A stretch of 64,000 bases of DNA from Eledone cirrhosa (taxonomy: Eukaryota), in the NCBI GenBank assembly GCA_964016885.1, contig OZ024741.1, forward strand, positions 405,046,001 to 405,110,000, in the 5' to 3' direction. The notes under the pieces are model-generated. The model was not told the DNA's origin and did no database searches. It worked only from the letters and a program-made list of their open reading frames with translations. Made by a program: the position numbers and the translations under genes. Below, one piece after another: positions 14,290 to 31,100 of this stretch (position 1 is its first letter; the number at the start of each line of letters is the position of its first letter).

Positions 14290-16870
14290 TATAATGAATT
14301 GTGACAACCTTCAAAACTATTTTATAATGAATTGTGACAACATTCACAACTATTTTATAGTTAATTTTTTCAGCTTTTCACAACTATTTTATAATGAATT
14401 GTGACAACCTTCACAACTTTTTAATAATGAATTGTGACAACCTTCACAACTATTTTATAATTAATTGTGACAACCTTCACAACTACTTTATAAATAATTT
14501 TTACAGCTTTTCACAACTATTTTATAATGAATTGTGACAACATTCACAACTATTTTATAATGAATTGTGACAACCTTCACAACTATTTTATAATTAATTG
14601 TGACAACATTCACAACTATTTTATAATGAATTGTGACAACCTTCACAACTATTTTATAATGACTTGTGACAACCTTCACAACTATTTTATAATTAATTGT
14701 GACAACCTTCACCACTATTTTATAATGAATCTTGACAACCTTCACAACTATTTTATAATGAATTGTGACACCCTTCACAACTATTTTATAATTAATTGTG
14801 ACAACCTTCACAACTATTTTATAATGAATTGTGACAACATTCACAACTATTTTATAATTAATTGTGACAACCTTCACAACTATTTTATAATTAATTTTTA
14901 CAGCTTTTCACAACTATTTTATAATGAATTGTGACAACATTCACAACTATTTTATAATGAATTGTGACAATCTTCACAACTATTTTATAATTAATTGTGA
15001 CAACCTTCACAACTATTTTACAATTAATTGTGACAACCTTCACAACTATTTTATAATGAATTGTGACAACCTTCACAACTATTTTATAATTAATTGTGAC
15101 AAACCTTCACAACTATTTTATAATGAATTGTGACAACCTTCACAACTATTTTATAATTAATTGTGACAACCTTCACAACTATTTTATAATGAATTGTGAC
15201 AACCTTCACAACTATTTTATAATGAATTGTGACAACATTCACAACTATTTTATAGTTAATTTTTTCAGCTTTTCACAACTATTTTATAATGAATTGTGAC
15301 AACCTTCACAACTTTTTAATAATGAATTGTGACAACCTTCACAACTATTTTATAATTAATTGTGACAACCTTCACAACTACTTTATAAATAATTTTTACA
15401 GCTTTTCACAACTATTTTATAATTAATTGTGACAACCTTCACAACTATTTTATAATTAATTGTGACAACCTTCACAATTATTTTATAATTAATTTTTAAA
15501 GATTTTCACAACTATTTTATAATGAAATGTGACAACATTCACAACTATTTTATAATGAATTGTGACAATCTTCACAACTATTTTATAATTAATTGTGACA
15601 ACCTTCACAACTATTTTACAATTAATTGTGACAACCTTCACAACTATTTTATAATGAATTGTGACAACCTTCAAAACTATTTTATAATGAATTGTGACAA
15701 CATTCACAACTATTTTATAGTTAATTTTTTCAGCTTTTCACAACTATTTTATAATGAATTGTGACAACCTTCACAACTTTTTAATAATGAATTGTGACAA
15801 CCTTCACAACTATTTTATAATTAATTGTGACAACCTTCACAACTACTTTATAAATAATTTTTACAGCTTTTCACAACTATTTTATAATGAATTGTGACAA
15901 CATTCACAACTATTTTATAATGAATTGTGACAACCTTCACAACTATTTTATAATTAATTGTGACAACATTCACAACTATTTTATAATGAATTGTGACAAC
16001 CTTCACAACTATTTTATAATGACTTGTGACAACCTTCACAACTATTTTATAATTAATTGTGACAACCTTCACAACTATTTTATAATGAATCTTGACAACC
16101 TTCACAACTATTTTATAATGAATTGTGACACCCTTCACAACTATTTTATAATTAATTGTGACAACCTTCACAACTATTTTATAATGAATTGTGACAACAT
16201 TCACAACTATTTTATAATTAATTGTGACAACCTTCACAACTATTTTATAATTAATTTTTACAGCTTTTCACAACTATTTTATAATGAATTGTGACAACAT
16301 TCACAACTATTTTATAATGAATTGTGACAATCTTCACAACTATTTTATAATTAATTGTGACAACCTTCACAACTATTTTACAATTAATTGTGACAACCTT
16401 CACAACTATTTTATAATGAATTGTGACAACCTTCACAACTATTTTATAATTAATTGTGACAAACCTTCACAACTATTTTATAATGAATTGTGACAACCTT
16501 CACAACTATTTTATAATTAATTGTGACAACCTTCACAACTATTTTATAATGAATTGTGACAACCTTCACAACTATTTTATAATGAATTGTGACAACATTC
16601 ACAACTATTTTATAGTTAATTTTTTCAGCTTTTCACAACTATTTTATAATGAATTGTGACAACCTTCACAACTTTTTAATAATGAATTGTGACAACCTTC
16701 ACAACTATTTTATAATTAACTGTGACAACCTTCACAACTACTTTATAAATAATTTTTACAGCTTTTCACAACTATTTTATAATTAATTGTGACAACCTTC
16801 ACAACTATTTTATAATTAATTGTGACAACCTTCACAATTATTTTATAATTAATTTTTAAAGATTTTCACA
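14290..16870 (+). repeat. 1,360-bp-period tandem higher-order duplication
   Basis: ORF pairs 14488/15848, 14891/16251 and 15096/16456 are all offset by 1,360. Ends are approximate. Confidence 0.8.
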
Positions 16871-19800
16871 ACTATTTTATAATTAATTGTGACAACCTTC
16901 ACAACTATTTTATAATTAATTTTTACAGCTTTTCACAACTATTTTATAATTAATTGTGACAACCTTCACAACTATTTTATAATTAATTTTTACAGCATTT
17001 CACAACTATTTTATAATGAATTGTGACAACCTTCACAACTATTTTATAATTAATTTTTACAGCATTTCACAACTATTTTATAATTAATTGTGACAACCTT
17101 CACAACTATTTTATAATTAAATTTTTCAGCTTTTCACAACTATTTTATAATGAACTGTGACAACCTTCACAACTATTTTATAATGAATTGTGACAACCTT
17201 CACAACTATTTTATAATGAATTGTGACAACCTTCACAACTATTTTATAATTAATTTTTACAGCTTTTCACAACTATTTTATAATTAATTGTGACAACCTT
17301 CACAACTATTTTATAATTAATTGTGACAACCTTCACAACTATTTTATAATTAATTGTGACAACCTTCACAACTATTTTATAATTAATTTTTAAAGATTTT
17401 CAAAACTATTTTATAATTAATTGTGACAACCTTCACAACTATTTTATAATTAATTGTGACAACCTTCACAACTATGTTATAATTAATTTTTACAGCTTTT
17501 CACAACTATTTTATAATTAATTGTGACAACCTTCACAACTATTTTATAATTAATTTTTACAGCATTTCACAACTATTTTATAATGAATTGTGACAACCTT
17601 CACAACTATTTTATAATTAATTTTTACAGCTTTTCACAACTATTTTATAATTAATTGTGACAACCTTCACAACTATTTTATAATTAATTGTGACAACCTT
17701 CATAACTATTTTATAATTAATTGTGACAACCTTCATAACTATTTTATAATTAATTTTTACTGCTTTTCACAACTATTTTATAAATAATTGTGACAACATT
17801 CACAACTATTTTATAATTAATTTTTACAGCTTTTCACAACTATTTTATAATGAATTGTGACAACCTTCACAACTATTTTATAATTAATTTTTTCAGCTTT
17901 TCACAACTATTTTATAATGAACTGTGACAACCTTCACAACTATTTTATAATGAATTGTGACAACCTTCACAATTATTTTATAATTAATTTTTACAGATTT
18001 TCACAACTATTTTATAATTAATTGTGACAACCTTCACAACTATTTTATAATGAATTGTGACAACCTTCACAACTATTTTACAATTAATTGTGACAACCTT
18101 CGCAACAATTTTATAATGAATTGTGACAACCTTTACAACTATTGTATAATTAATTGTGACAACCTTCACAACTACTTTATAAATAATTTTTACAGCTTTT
18201 CACAACTATTTTATAATGAATTGTGACAACATTCACAACTATTTTATAATGAATTGTGACAACCTTCACAACTATTTTATAATTAATTGTGACAACATTC
18301 ACAACTATTTTATAATGAATTGTGACAACCTTCACAACTATTTTATAATGACTTGTGACAACCTTCACAACTATTTTATAATTAATTGTGACAACCTTCA
18401 CAACTATTTTATAATGAATCTTGACAACATTCACAACTATTTTATAATGAATTGTGACACCCTTCACAACTATTTTATAATTAATTGTGACAACCTTCAC
18501 AACTATTTTATAATGAACTGTGACAATATTCACAACTATTTTATAATTAATTGTGACAACCTTCACAACTATTTTATAATTAATTTTTACAGCTTTTCAC
18601 AACTATTTTATAATGAATTGTGACAACATTCACAACTATTTTATAATGAATTGTGACAATCTTCACAACTATTTTATAATTAATTGTGACAACCTTCACA
18701 ACTATTTTACAATTATTTGTGACAACCTTCACAACTATTTTATAATGAATTGTGACAACCTTCACAACTATTTTATAATTAATTGTGACAAACCTTCACA
18801 ACTATTTTATAATGAATTGTGACAACCTTCACAACTATTTTATAATTAATTGTGACAACCTTCACAACTATTTTATAATGAATTGTGACAACCTTCACAA
18901 CTATTTTATAATGAATTGTGACAACATTCACAACTATTTTATAGTTAATTTTTTCAGCTTTTCACAACTATTTTATAATGAATTGTGACAACCTTCACAA
19001 CTTTTTAATAATGTATTGTGACAACCTTCACAACTATTTTATAATTAATTGTGACAACCTTCACAACTACTTTATAAATAATTTTTACAGCTTTTCACAA
19101 CTATTTTATAATTAATTGTGACAACCTTCACAACTATTTTATAATTAATTGTGACAACCTTCACAATTATTTTATAATTAATTTTTAAAGATTTTCACAA
19201 CTATTTTATAATTAATTGTGACAACCTTCACAACTATTTTATAATTAATTTTTACAGCTTTTCACAACTATTTTATAATTAATTGTGACAACCTTCACAA
19301 CTATTTTATAATTAATTTTTACATCATTTCATAACTATTTTATAATGAATTGTGACAACCTTCACAACTATTTTATAATTAATTTTTACAGCATTTCACA
19401 ACTATTTTATAATTAATTGTGACAACCTTCACAACTATTTTATAATTATATTTTTCAGCTTTTCACAACTATTTTATAATGAACTGTGACAACCTTCACA
19501 ACTATTTTATAATGAATTGTGACAACCTTCACAACTATTTTATAATTAATTTTTACAGCTTTTCACAACTATTTTATAATTAATTGTGACAACCTTCACA
19601 ACTATTTTATAATGAATTGTGACAACCTTCACAACTATTTTATAATGAATTGTGACAACCTTCACAACTATTTTATAATGAATTGTGACAACATTCACAA
19701 CTATTTTATAATTAATTTTTTCAGATTTTCACAACTATTTTATAATGAATTGTGACAACCTTCACAACTATTTTATAATGAATTGTGACAACCTTCACAA

Positions 19801-22130
19801 CTATTTTATAATGAATTGTGACAACATTCACAACTATGTTATAATTAATTGTGACAACCTTCACAACTACTTTATAATTAATTTTTACAGCTTTTCACAA
19901 CTATTTTATAATTAATTGTGACAACCTTCACAACTATTTTATAATTAATTGTGACAACCTTCACAACTATTTTATAATTAATTGTGACAACCTTCACAAC
20001 TATTTTATAATTAATTTTTAAAGATTTTCAAAACTATTTTATAATTAATTGTGACAACCTTCACAACTATTTTATAATTAATTGTGACAACCTTCACAAC
20101 TATGTTATAATTAATTTTTACAGCTTTTCACAACTATTTTATAATTAATTGTGACAACCTTCACAACTATTTTATAATTAATTTTTACAGCATTTCACAA
20201 CTATTTTATAATGAATTGTGACAACCTTCACAACTATTTTATAATTAATTTTTACAGCTTTTCACAACTATTTTATAATTAATTGTGACAACCTTCAAAA
20301 CTATTTTATAATTAATTGTGACAACCTTCATAACTATTTTATAATTTATTTTTACTGCTTTTCACAACTATTTTATAAATAATTGTGACAACATTCACAA
20401 CTATTTTATAATTAATTTTTACAGCTTTTCACAACTATTTTATAATGAATTGTGACAACCTTCACAACTATTTTATAATTAATTTTTTCAGCTTTTCACA
20501 ACTATTTTATAATGAACTGTGACAACCTTCACAACTATTTTATAATGAATTGTGACAACCTTCACAATTATTTTATAATTAATTTTTACAGATTTTCACA
20601 ACTATTTTATAATTAATTGTGACAACCTTCACAACTATTTTATAATGAATTGTGACAACCTTCACAACTATTTTACAATTAATTGTGACAACCTTCGCAA
20701 CAATTTTATAATGAATTGTGACAACCTTTACAACTATTGTATAATTAATTGTGACAACCTTCACAACTATTTTATAATGAATTGTGACAACCTTCACAAC
20801 TATTTTATAATGAATTGTGACAACCTTCACAACTATTTTATTATTAATTGTGACAACCTTCAAAACTATTTTATAATGAATTGTGACAACATTCACAACT
20901 ATTTTATAATGAATTGTGACAACCTTCACAACTATTTTATAATTAATTGTGACAACATTCACAACTATTTTATAATGAATTGTGACAACCTTCACAAATA
21001 TTTTATAATGAATTGTGACAACCTTCACAACTATTTTATAATTAATTGTGACAACCTTCACAACTATTTTATAATGAATCGTGACAACCTTCACAACTAT
21101 TTTATAATGAATTGTGACACCCTTCACAACTATTTTATAATTAATTGTGACAACCTTCACAAATATTTTATAATGAATTGTGACAACATTCACAACTATT
21201 TTATAATTAATTGTGACAACCTTCACAACTATTTTATAATTAATTTTTACAGCTTTTCACAACTATTTTATAATGAATTGTGACAACATTCACAACTATT
21301 TTATAATGAATTGTGACAATCTTCACAACTATTTTATAATTAATTGTGACAACCTTCACAACTATTTTATAATGAATTGTGACAACCTTCACAACTATTT
21401 TATAATTAATTGTGACAAACCTTCACAACTATTTTATAATGAATTGTGACAACCTTCAAAACTATTTTATAATGAATTGTGACAACATTCACAACTATTT
21501 TATAGTTAATTTTTTCAGCTTTTCACAACTATTTTATAATGAATTGTGACAACCTTCACAACTTTTTAATAATGAATTGTGACAACCTTCACAACTATTT
21601 TATAATTAATTGTGACAACCTTCACAACTACTTTATAAATAATTTTTACAGCTTTTCACAACTATTTTATAATTAATTGTGACAACCTTCACAACTATTT
21701 TATAATTAATTGTGACAACCTTCACAATTATTTTATAATTAATTTTTAAAGATTTTCACAACTATTTTATAATTAATTGTGACAACCTTCACAACTATTT
21801 TATAATTAATTTTTACAGCTTTTCACAACTATTTTATAATTAATTGTGACAACCTTCACAACTATTTTATAATTAATTTTTACATCATTTCATAACTATT
21901 TTATAATGAATTGTGACAACCTTCACAACTATTTTATAATTAATTTTTACAGCATTTCACAACTATTTTATAATTAATTGTGACAACCTTCACAACTATT
22001 TTATAATTATATTTTTCAGCTTTTCACAACTATTTTATAATGAACTGTGACAACCTTCACAACTATTTTATAATGAATTGTGACAACCTTCACAACTATT
22101 TTATAATGAATTGTGACAACCTTCACAACT

Positions 22131-25100
22131 ATTGTATAATTAATTCTGACAACCTTCACAACTATTTTATAATGAATCGTGACAACCTTCACAACTATTT
22201 TATAATGAATTGTGACAACCTTCACAACTATTTTATAATTAATTGTGACAACCTTCACAACTATTTTATAATGAATTGTGACAACCTTCACAACTATTTT
22301 ATAATTAATGTTTTCAGCTTTTCACAACTATTTTATAATGTATTGTGACAACCTTCACAACTATTTTATAATGAATTGTGACAACCTTCACAACTATTTT
22401 ATAATTAATTGTGACAACCTTCACAACTATTTTATAATTAATTTTTACAGCTTTTCACAACTATTTTATAATTAATTGTGACAACCTTCACAACTATTTT
22501 ATAATTAATTGTGACAACCTTCACAAATATTTTATAATTAATTTTTAAAGGTTTTCACAGCTATTTTATAATTAATTGTGACAACCTTCACAACTGTTTT
22601 ATAATTAATTTTTACAGCTTTTCACAACTATTTTATAATTAATTGTGACAACCTTCACAACTATTTTATAATTAATTTTTACAGCTTTTCACAACTATTT
22701 TATAATGAATTGTGACAACCTTCACAGCTATTTTATAATTAATTTTTACAGCTTTTCACAACTATTTTATAATTAATTGTGACAACCTTCACAACTATTT
22801 TATAATTAATTTTTACAGCTTTTCACAACTATTTTATAATGAATTGTGACAACCTTCACAACTATTTTATAATTAATTTTTACAGCTTTTCACAACTATT
22901 TTATAATTAATTGTGACAACTTTCACAACTATTTTATAATTAATTTTTTCAGCCTTTCACAACTATTTTATAATGAACTGTGACAACCTTCACAACTATT
23001 TTATAATGAATTGTGACAACCTTCACAACTATTTTATAATGAATTGTGACAATCTTCACAACTATTTTATAATTAATTTTTACAGCTTTTCACAACTATT
23101 TTATAATTAATTGTGACAACCTTCACAACTATTTTATAATTAATTGTGACAACCTTCACAACTATTTTATAATTAATTTTTACAGATTTTCACAACTATT
23201 TTATAATTAATTGTGACAACCTTCACAACTATTTTATAATGAATTGTGACAACCTTCACAACTATTTTATAATTAATTTTTACAGCTATTCACAACTATT
23301 TTATAATTAATAATTAATTGTGACAACCTTCACAACTATTTTATAATTAATTTTTGCAGATTTTCACAACTATTTTATAATTAATTGTGACAACCTTCAC
23401 AACTATTTTATAATGAATTGTGACAACCGTCACAACTATTTTATAATTAATTTTTACAGCTTTTCACAACTATTTTATAATTAATTGTGACAACCTTCAC
23501 AACTATTTTATAATGAATTGTGACAACCTTCACAACTATTTTATAATTGATTTTTACAGTTTTTCACAACTATTTTATAATTGATTGTGACAACCTTCAC
23601 AACTATTTTATAATTAATTTTTAAAGATTTTCACAACTATTTGATAATGAATTGTGACAACCTTCACAACTATTTTATAATTAATCGTGACAACCTTCAC
23701 ACCTATTTTATAATTAATTGTGACAACCTTCACAACTATTTTATAATTAATTGTGACAAACTTCACAACTATTTTATAATTGATTTTTACAGTTTTTCAC
23801 AACTATTTTATAATTGATTGTGACAACCTTCACAACTATTTTATAATTAATTTTTAAAGATTTTCACAACTATTTGATAATGAATTGTGACAACCTTCAC
23901 AACTATTTTATAATTAATCGTGACAACCTTCACAACTATTTTATAATTAATTGTGACAACCTTCACAACTATTTTATAATTAATTGTGACAACCTTCAAA
24001 ACTATTTGATAATTAATTGTGACAACCTTCATAACTATTTTATAATTAATTTTTACTGCTTTTCACAACTATTTTATAAATAATTGTGACAACATTCACA
24101 ACTATTTTATAATTAATTTTTACAGCTTTTCACAACTATTTTATAATGAATTGTGACAAACTTCACAACTATTTTATAATTAATTTTTACAGCTTTTCAC
24201 AACTATTTTATAATTAATTGTGACAACCTTCACAACTATTTTATAATTAATTTTTTCAGCTTTTCACAACTATTTTATAATGAACTGTGACAACCTTCAC
24301 AACTATTTTATAATGAATTGTGACAACCTTCACAATTATTTTATAATTAATTTTTACAGATTTTCACAACTATTTTATAATTAATTGTGACAACCTTCAC
24401 AACTATTTTATAATGAATTGTGACAACCTTCACAACTATTTTACAATTAATTGTGACAACCTTCGCAACAATTTTATAATGAATTGTGACAACCTTCACA
24501 ACTATTTTATAATTAATTGTGACAACCTTCACAACTATTTTATAATGAATTGTGACAACCTTCACAACTATTTTATAATGAATTGTGACAACCTTCACAA
24601 CTATTTTATTATTAATTGTGACAACCTTCAAAACTATTTTATAATGAATTGTGACAACATTCACAACTATTTTATAATGAATTGTGACAACCTTCACAAC
24701 TATTTTATAATTAATTGTGACAACCTTCACAACTATTTTATAATGAATCGTGACAACCTTCACAACTATTTTATAATTAATTGTGACAACCTTCACAACT
24801 ATTTTATAATTAATTGTGACAAACTTCACAACTATTTTATAATTAATTTTTAAAGATTTTCACAACTATTTTATAATTAATTGTGACAACCTTCACAACT
24901 ATTTTATAATTAATTGTGACAACCTTCAAAACTATTTTATAATTAATTGTGACAACCTTCATAACTATTTTATAATTAATTTTTACTGCTTTTCACAACT
25001 ATTGTATAATTAATTCTGACAACCTTCACAACTATTTTATAATGAATCGTGACAACCTTCACAACTATTTTATAATGAATTGTGACAACCTTCACAACTA

Positions 25101-28100
25101 TTTTATAATGAATTGTGACAACCTTCACAAATATTTTATAATTAATTTTTAAAGGTTTTCACAGCTATTTTATAATTAATTGTGACAACCTTCACAACTG
25201 TTTTATAATTAATTTTTACAGCTTTTCACAACTATTTTATAATTAATTGTGACAACCTTCACAACTATTTTATAATTAATTTTTACAGCTTTTCACAACT
25301 ATTTTATAATGAATTGTGACAACCTTCACAGCTATTTTATAATTAATTTTTACAGCTTTTCACAACTATTTTATAATTAATTGTGACAACCTTCACAACT
25401 ATTTTAGAATTAATTTTTACAGCTTTTCACAACTATTTTATAATGAATTGTGACAACCTTCACAACTATTTCATAATTAATTTTTACAGCTTTTCACAAC
25501 TATTTTATAATTAATTGTGACAACTTTCACAACTATTTTATAATTAATTTTTTCAGCCTTTCACAACTATTTTGTAATGAACTGTGACAACCTTCACAAC
25601 TATTTTATAATGAATTGTGACAACCTTCACAACTATTTTATAATGAATTGTGACAAACTTCACAACTATTTTATAATTAATTTTTAAAGATTTTCACAAC
25701 TATTTGATAATTAATTGTGACAACCTTCACAACTATTTTATAATTAATCGTGACAACCTTCACAAATATTTTATAATGAATTGTGACAACCTTCACAACT
25801 ATTTTATAATTAATTGTGACAACCTTCAAAACTATTTTATAATTAATTGTGACAACCTTCATAACTATTTTATAATTAATTTTTACTGCTTTTCACAACT
25901 ATTTTGTAAATAATTGTGACAACATTCACAACTATTTTATAATTAATTTTTACAGCTTTTCACAACTATTTTATAATGAATTGTGACAACCTTCACAACT
26001 ATTTTATAATTAATTTTTACAGCTTTTCACAACTATTTTATAATTAATTGTGACAACCTTCACAACTATTTTATAATTAATTTTTTCAGCTTTTCACAAC
26101 TATTTTATAATGAACTGTGACAACCTTCACAACTATTTTATAATGAATTGTGACAACCTTCACAATTATTTTATAATTAATTTTTACAGATTTTCACAAC
26201 TATTTTATAATTAATTGTGACAACCTTCACAACTATTTTATAATGAATTGTGACAACCTTCACAACTATTTTACAATTAATTGTGACAACCTTCGCAACA
26301 ATTTTATAATGAATTGTGACAACCTTCACAACTATTTTATAATTAATTGTGACAACCTTCACAACTATATTATAATGAATTGTGACAACCTTCACAACTA
26401 TTTTATTATTAATTGTGACAACCTTCAAAACTATTTTATAATGAATTGTGACAACATTCACAACTATTTTATAATGAATTGTGACAACCTTCACAACTAT
26501 TTTATAATTAATTGTGACAACATTCACAACTATTTTATAATGAATTGTGACAACCTTCACAACTATTTTATAATGAATTGTGACAACCTTCACAACTATT
26601 TTATAATTAATTGTGACAACCTTCACAACTATTTTATAATTAATTTTTACAGCTTTTCACAACTATTTTATAATTAATTGTGACAACCTCCACAACTATT
26701 TTATAATTAATTGTGACAACCTTCACAACTATTTTATAATTAATTGTGACAACCTTCACAACTATTTCATAATGAATTGTGACAACCTTCACAACTATTT
26801 CATAATGAATTGTGACATCCTTCACAACTATTTTATAATTAATTGTGACAACCTTCACAACTATTTTATAATGAACTGTGACAACCTTCACAACTATTTT
26901 ATAATGAATTGTGACAACCTTCACAACTATTTTATAATTAATTGTGACAACCTTCACAACTATTTTATAATGAATCGTGACAACCTTCACAACTATTTAT
27001 AATGAATTGTGACAACCTTCACAACTATTTTATAATTAATTGTGACAACCTTCACAACTATTTTATAATGAATTGTGACAACCTTCACAACTATTTTATA
27101 ATTAATTTTTTCAGCTTTTCACAACTATTTTATAATGTATTGTGACAACCTTCACAACTATTTTATAATGAATTGTGACAACCTTCACAACTATTTTATA
27201 ATTAATTGTGACAACCTTCACAACTATTTTATAATTAATTTTTACAGCTTTTCACAACTATTTTATAATTAATTGTGACAACCTTCACAACTATTTTATA
27301 ATTAATTTTTAAAGGTTTTCACAGCTATTTTATAATTAATTGTGACAACCTTCACAACTGTTTTATAATTAATTTTTACAGCTTTTCAGAACTATTTTAT
27401 AATTAATTGTGACAACCTTCACAACTATTTTATAATTAATTTTTACAGCTTTTCACAACTATTTTATAATGGATTGTGACAACCTTCACAGCTATTTTAT
27501 AATTAATTTTTACAGCTTTTCACAACTATTTTATAATTAATTGTGACAACCTTCACAACTATTTTATAATTCATTTTTACAGCTTTTCACAGCTATTTTA
27601 TAATGATTTGTGACAACCTTCACAACTATTTTATAATTAATCTTTACAGCTTTTCACAACTATTTTATAATTAATTGTGACAACTTTCACAACTATTTTA
27701 TAATTAATTTTTTCAGCTTTTTACAACTATTTTATAATGAACTGTGACAACCTTCACAACTATTTTATAATGAATTGTGACAACCTTCACAACTATTTTA
27801 TAATGAATTGTGACAATCTTCACAACTATTTTATAATTAATTTTTACAGCTTTTCACAACTATTTTATAATTAATTGTGACAACCTTCACAACTATTTTA
27901 TAATTAATTGTGACAACCTTCACAACTATTTTATAATTAATTTTTACAGATTTTCACAACTATTTTATAATTAATTGTGACAACCTTCACAACTATTTTA
28001 TAATTAATTTTTACAGCTTTTCACAACTATTTTATAATTAATAATTAATTGTGACAACCTTCACATCTATTTTATAATTAATTTTTACAGATTTTCACAA

Positions 28101-31100
28101 CTATTTTATAATTAATTGTGACAACCTTCACAACTATTTTATAATGAATTGTGACAACCGTCACAAGTATTTTATAATTAATTTTTACAGCTTTTCACAA
28201 CTATTTTATAATTAATTGTGACAACCTTCACAACTATTTTATAATGAATTGTGACAACCTTCACAACTATTTTATAATTGATTTTTACAGCTTTTCACAA
28301 CTATTTTATAATTGATTGTGACAACCTTCACAACTATTTTATAATTAATTGTGACAACCTTCACAACTATTTTATAATGAATCGTGACAACCTTCACAAC
28401 TATTTTATAATTAATTGTGACAACCTTCACAACTATTTTATAATTAATTGTGACAAACTTCACAACTATTTTATAATTAATTTTTAAAGATTTTCACAAC
28501 TATTTTATAATTAATTGTGACAACCTTCACAACTATTTTATAATTAATTGTGACAACCTTCAAAACTATTTTATAATTAATTGTGACAACCTTCATAACT
28601 ATTTTATAATTAATTTTTACTGCTTTTCACAACTATTGTATAATTAATTCTGACAACCTTCACAACTATTTTATAATGAATCGTGACAACCTTCACAACT
28701 ATTTTATAATGAATCGTGACAACCTTCACAACTATTTTATAATGAATTGTGACAACCTTCACAACTATTTTATAATGTATTGTGACAACCTTCACAACTA
28801 TTTTATAATGAATTGTGACAATCTTCACAACTATTTTATAATTAATTTTTACAGCTTTTCACAACTATTTTATAATTAATTGTGACAACCTTCACAACTA
28901 TTTTATAATTAATTGTGACAACCTTCACAACTATTTTATAATTAATTGTGACAAACTTCACAACTATTTTATAATTGATTTTTACAGTTTTTCACAACTA
29001 TTTTATAATTGATTGTGACAACCTTCACAACTATTTTATAATTAATTTTTAAAGATTTTCACAACTATTTGATAATGAATTGTGACAACCTTCACAACTA
29101 TTTTATAATTAATCGTGACAACCTTCACAACTATTTTATAATTAATTGTGACAACCTTCACAACTATTTTATAATTAATTGTGACAACCTTCAAAACTAT
29201 TTGATAATTAATTGTGACAACCTTCATAACTATTTTATAATTAATTTTTACTGCTTTTCACAACTATTTTATAAATAATTGTGACAACATTCACAACTAT
29301 TTTATAATTAATTTTTACAGCTTTTCACAACTATTTTATAATGAATTGTGACAAACTTCACAACTATTTTATAATTAATTTTTACAGCTTTTCACAACTA
29401 TTTTATAATTAATTGTGACAACCTTCACAACTATTTTATAATTAATTTTTTCAGCTTTTCACAACTATTTTATAATGAACTGTGACAACCTTCACAACTA
29501 TTTTATAATGAATTGTGACAACCTTCACAATTATTTTATAATTAATTTTTACAGATTTTCACAACTATTTTATAATTAATTGTGACAACCTTCACAACTA
29601 TTTTATAATGAATTGTGACAACCTTCACAACTATTTTACAATTAATTGTGACAACCTTCGCAACAATTTTATAATGAATTGTGACAACCTTCACAACTAT
29701 TTTATAATTAATTGTGACAACCTTCACAACTATTTTATAATGAATTGTGACAACCTTCACAACTATTTTATAATGAATTGTGACAACCTTCACAACTATT
29801 TTATTATTAATTGTGACAACCTTCAAAACTATTTTATAATGAATTGTGACAACATTCACAACTATTTTATAATGAATTGTGACAACCTTCACAACTATTT
29901 TATAATTAATTGTGACAACCTTCACAACTATTTTATAATGAATCGTGACAACCTTCACAACTATTTTATAATTAATTGTGACAACCTTCACAACTATTTT
30001 ATAATTAATTGTGACAAACTTCACAACTATTTTATAATTAATTTTTAAAGATTTTCACAACTATTTTATAATTAATTGTGACAACCTTCACAACTATTTT
30101 ATAATTAATTGTGACAACCTTCAAAACTATTTTATAATTAATTGTGACAACCTTCATAACTATTTTATAATTAATTTTTACTGCTTTTCACAACTATTGT
30201 ATAATTAATTCTGACAACCTTCACAACTATTTTATAATGAATCGTGACAACCTTCACAACTATTTTATAATGAATTGTGACAACCTTCACAACTATTTTA
30301 TAATTAATTGTGACAACCTTCACAACTATTTTATAATGAATTGTGACAACCTTCACAACTATTTTATAATTAATTTTTTCAGCTTTTCACAACTATTTTA
30401 TAATGTATTGTGACAACCTTCACAACTATTTTATAATGAATTGTGACAACCTTCACAAATATTTTATAATTAATTTTTAAAGGTTTTCACAGCTATTTTA
30501 TAATTAATTGTGACAACCTTCACAACTGTTTTATAATTAATTTTTACAGCTTTTCACAACTATTTTATAATTAATTGTGACAACCTTCACAACTATTTTA
30601 TAATTAATTTTTACAGCTTTTCACAACTATTTTATAATGAATTGTGACAACCTTCACAGCTATTTTATAATTAATTTTTACAGCTTTTCACAACTATTTT
30701 ATAATTAATTGTGACAACCTTCACAACTATTTTATAATTAATTTTTACAGCTTTTCACAACTATTTTATAATGAATTGTGACAACCTTCACAACTATTTC
30801 ATAATTAATTTTTACAGCTTTTCACAACTATTTTATAATTAATTGTGACAACTTTCACAACTATTTTATAATTAATTTTTTCAGCCTTTCACAACTATTT
30901 TATAATTAACTGTGACAACCTTCACAACTATTTTATAATGAATTGTGACAACCTTCACAACTATTTTATAATGAATTGTGACAATTTTCACAACTATTTT
31001 ATAATTAATTTTTACAGCTTTTCACAACTATTTTATAATTAATTGTGACAACCTTCACAACTATTTTATAATTAATTGTGACAACCTTCACAACTATTTT

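Larger units (their letters stand above)
1..22130 (+). repeat. Macro-repeat copy 1 (left-truncated) of a ~27.5-kb tandem duplication
   Basis: Private variants recur at +27,459: ATGGATTG at ~10 and ~27469, CCGTCACAAGT at ~700 and ~28159. ORF starts match: 813/28272, 6985/34444, 11673/39132. Confidence 0.95.
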
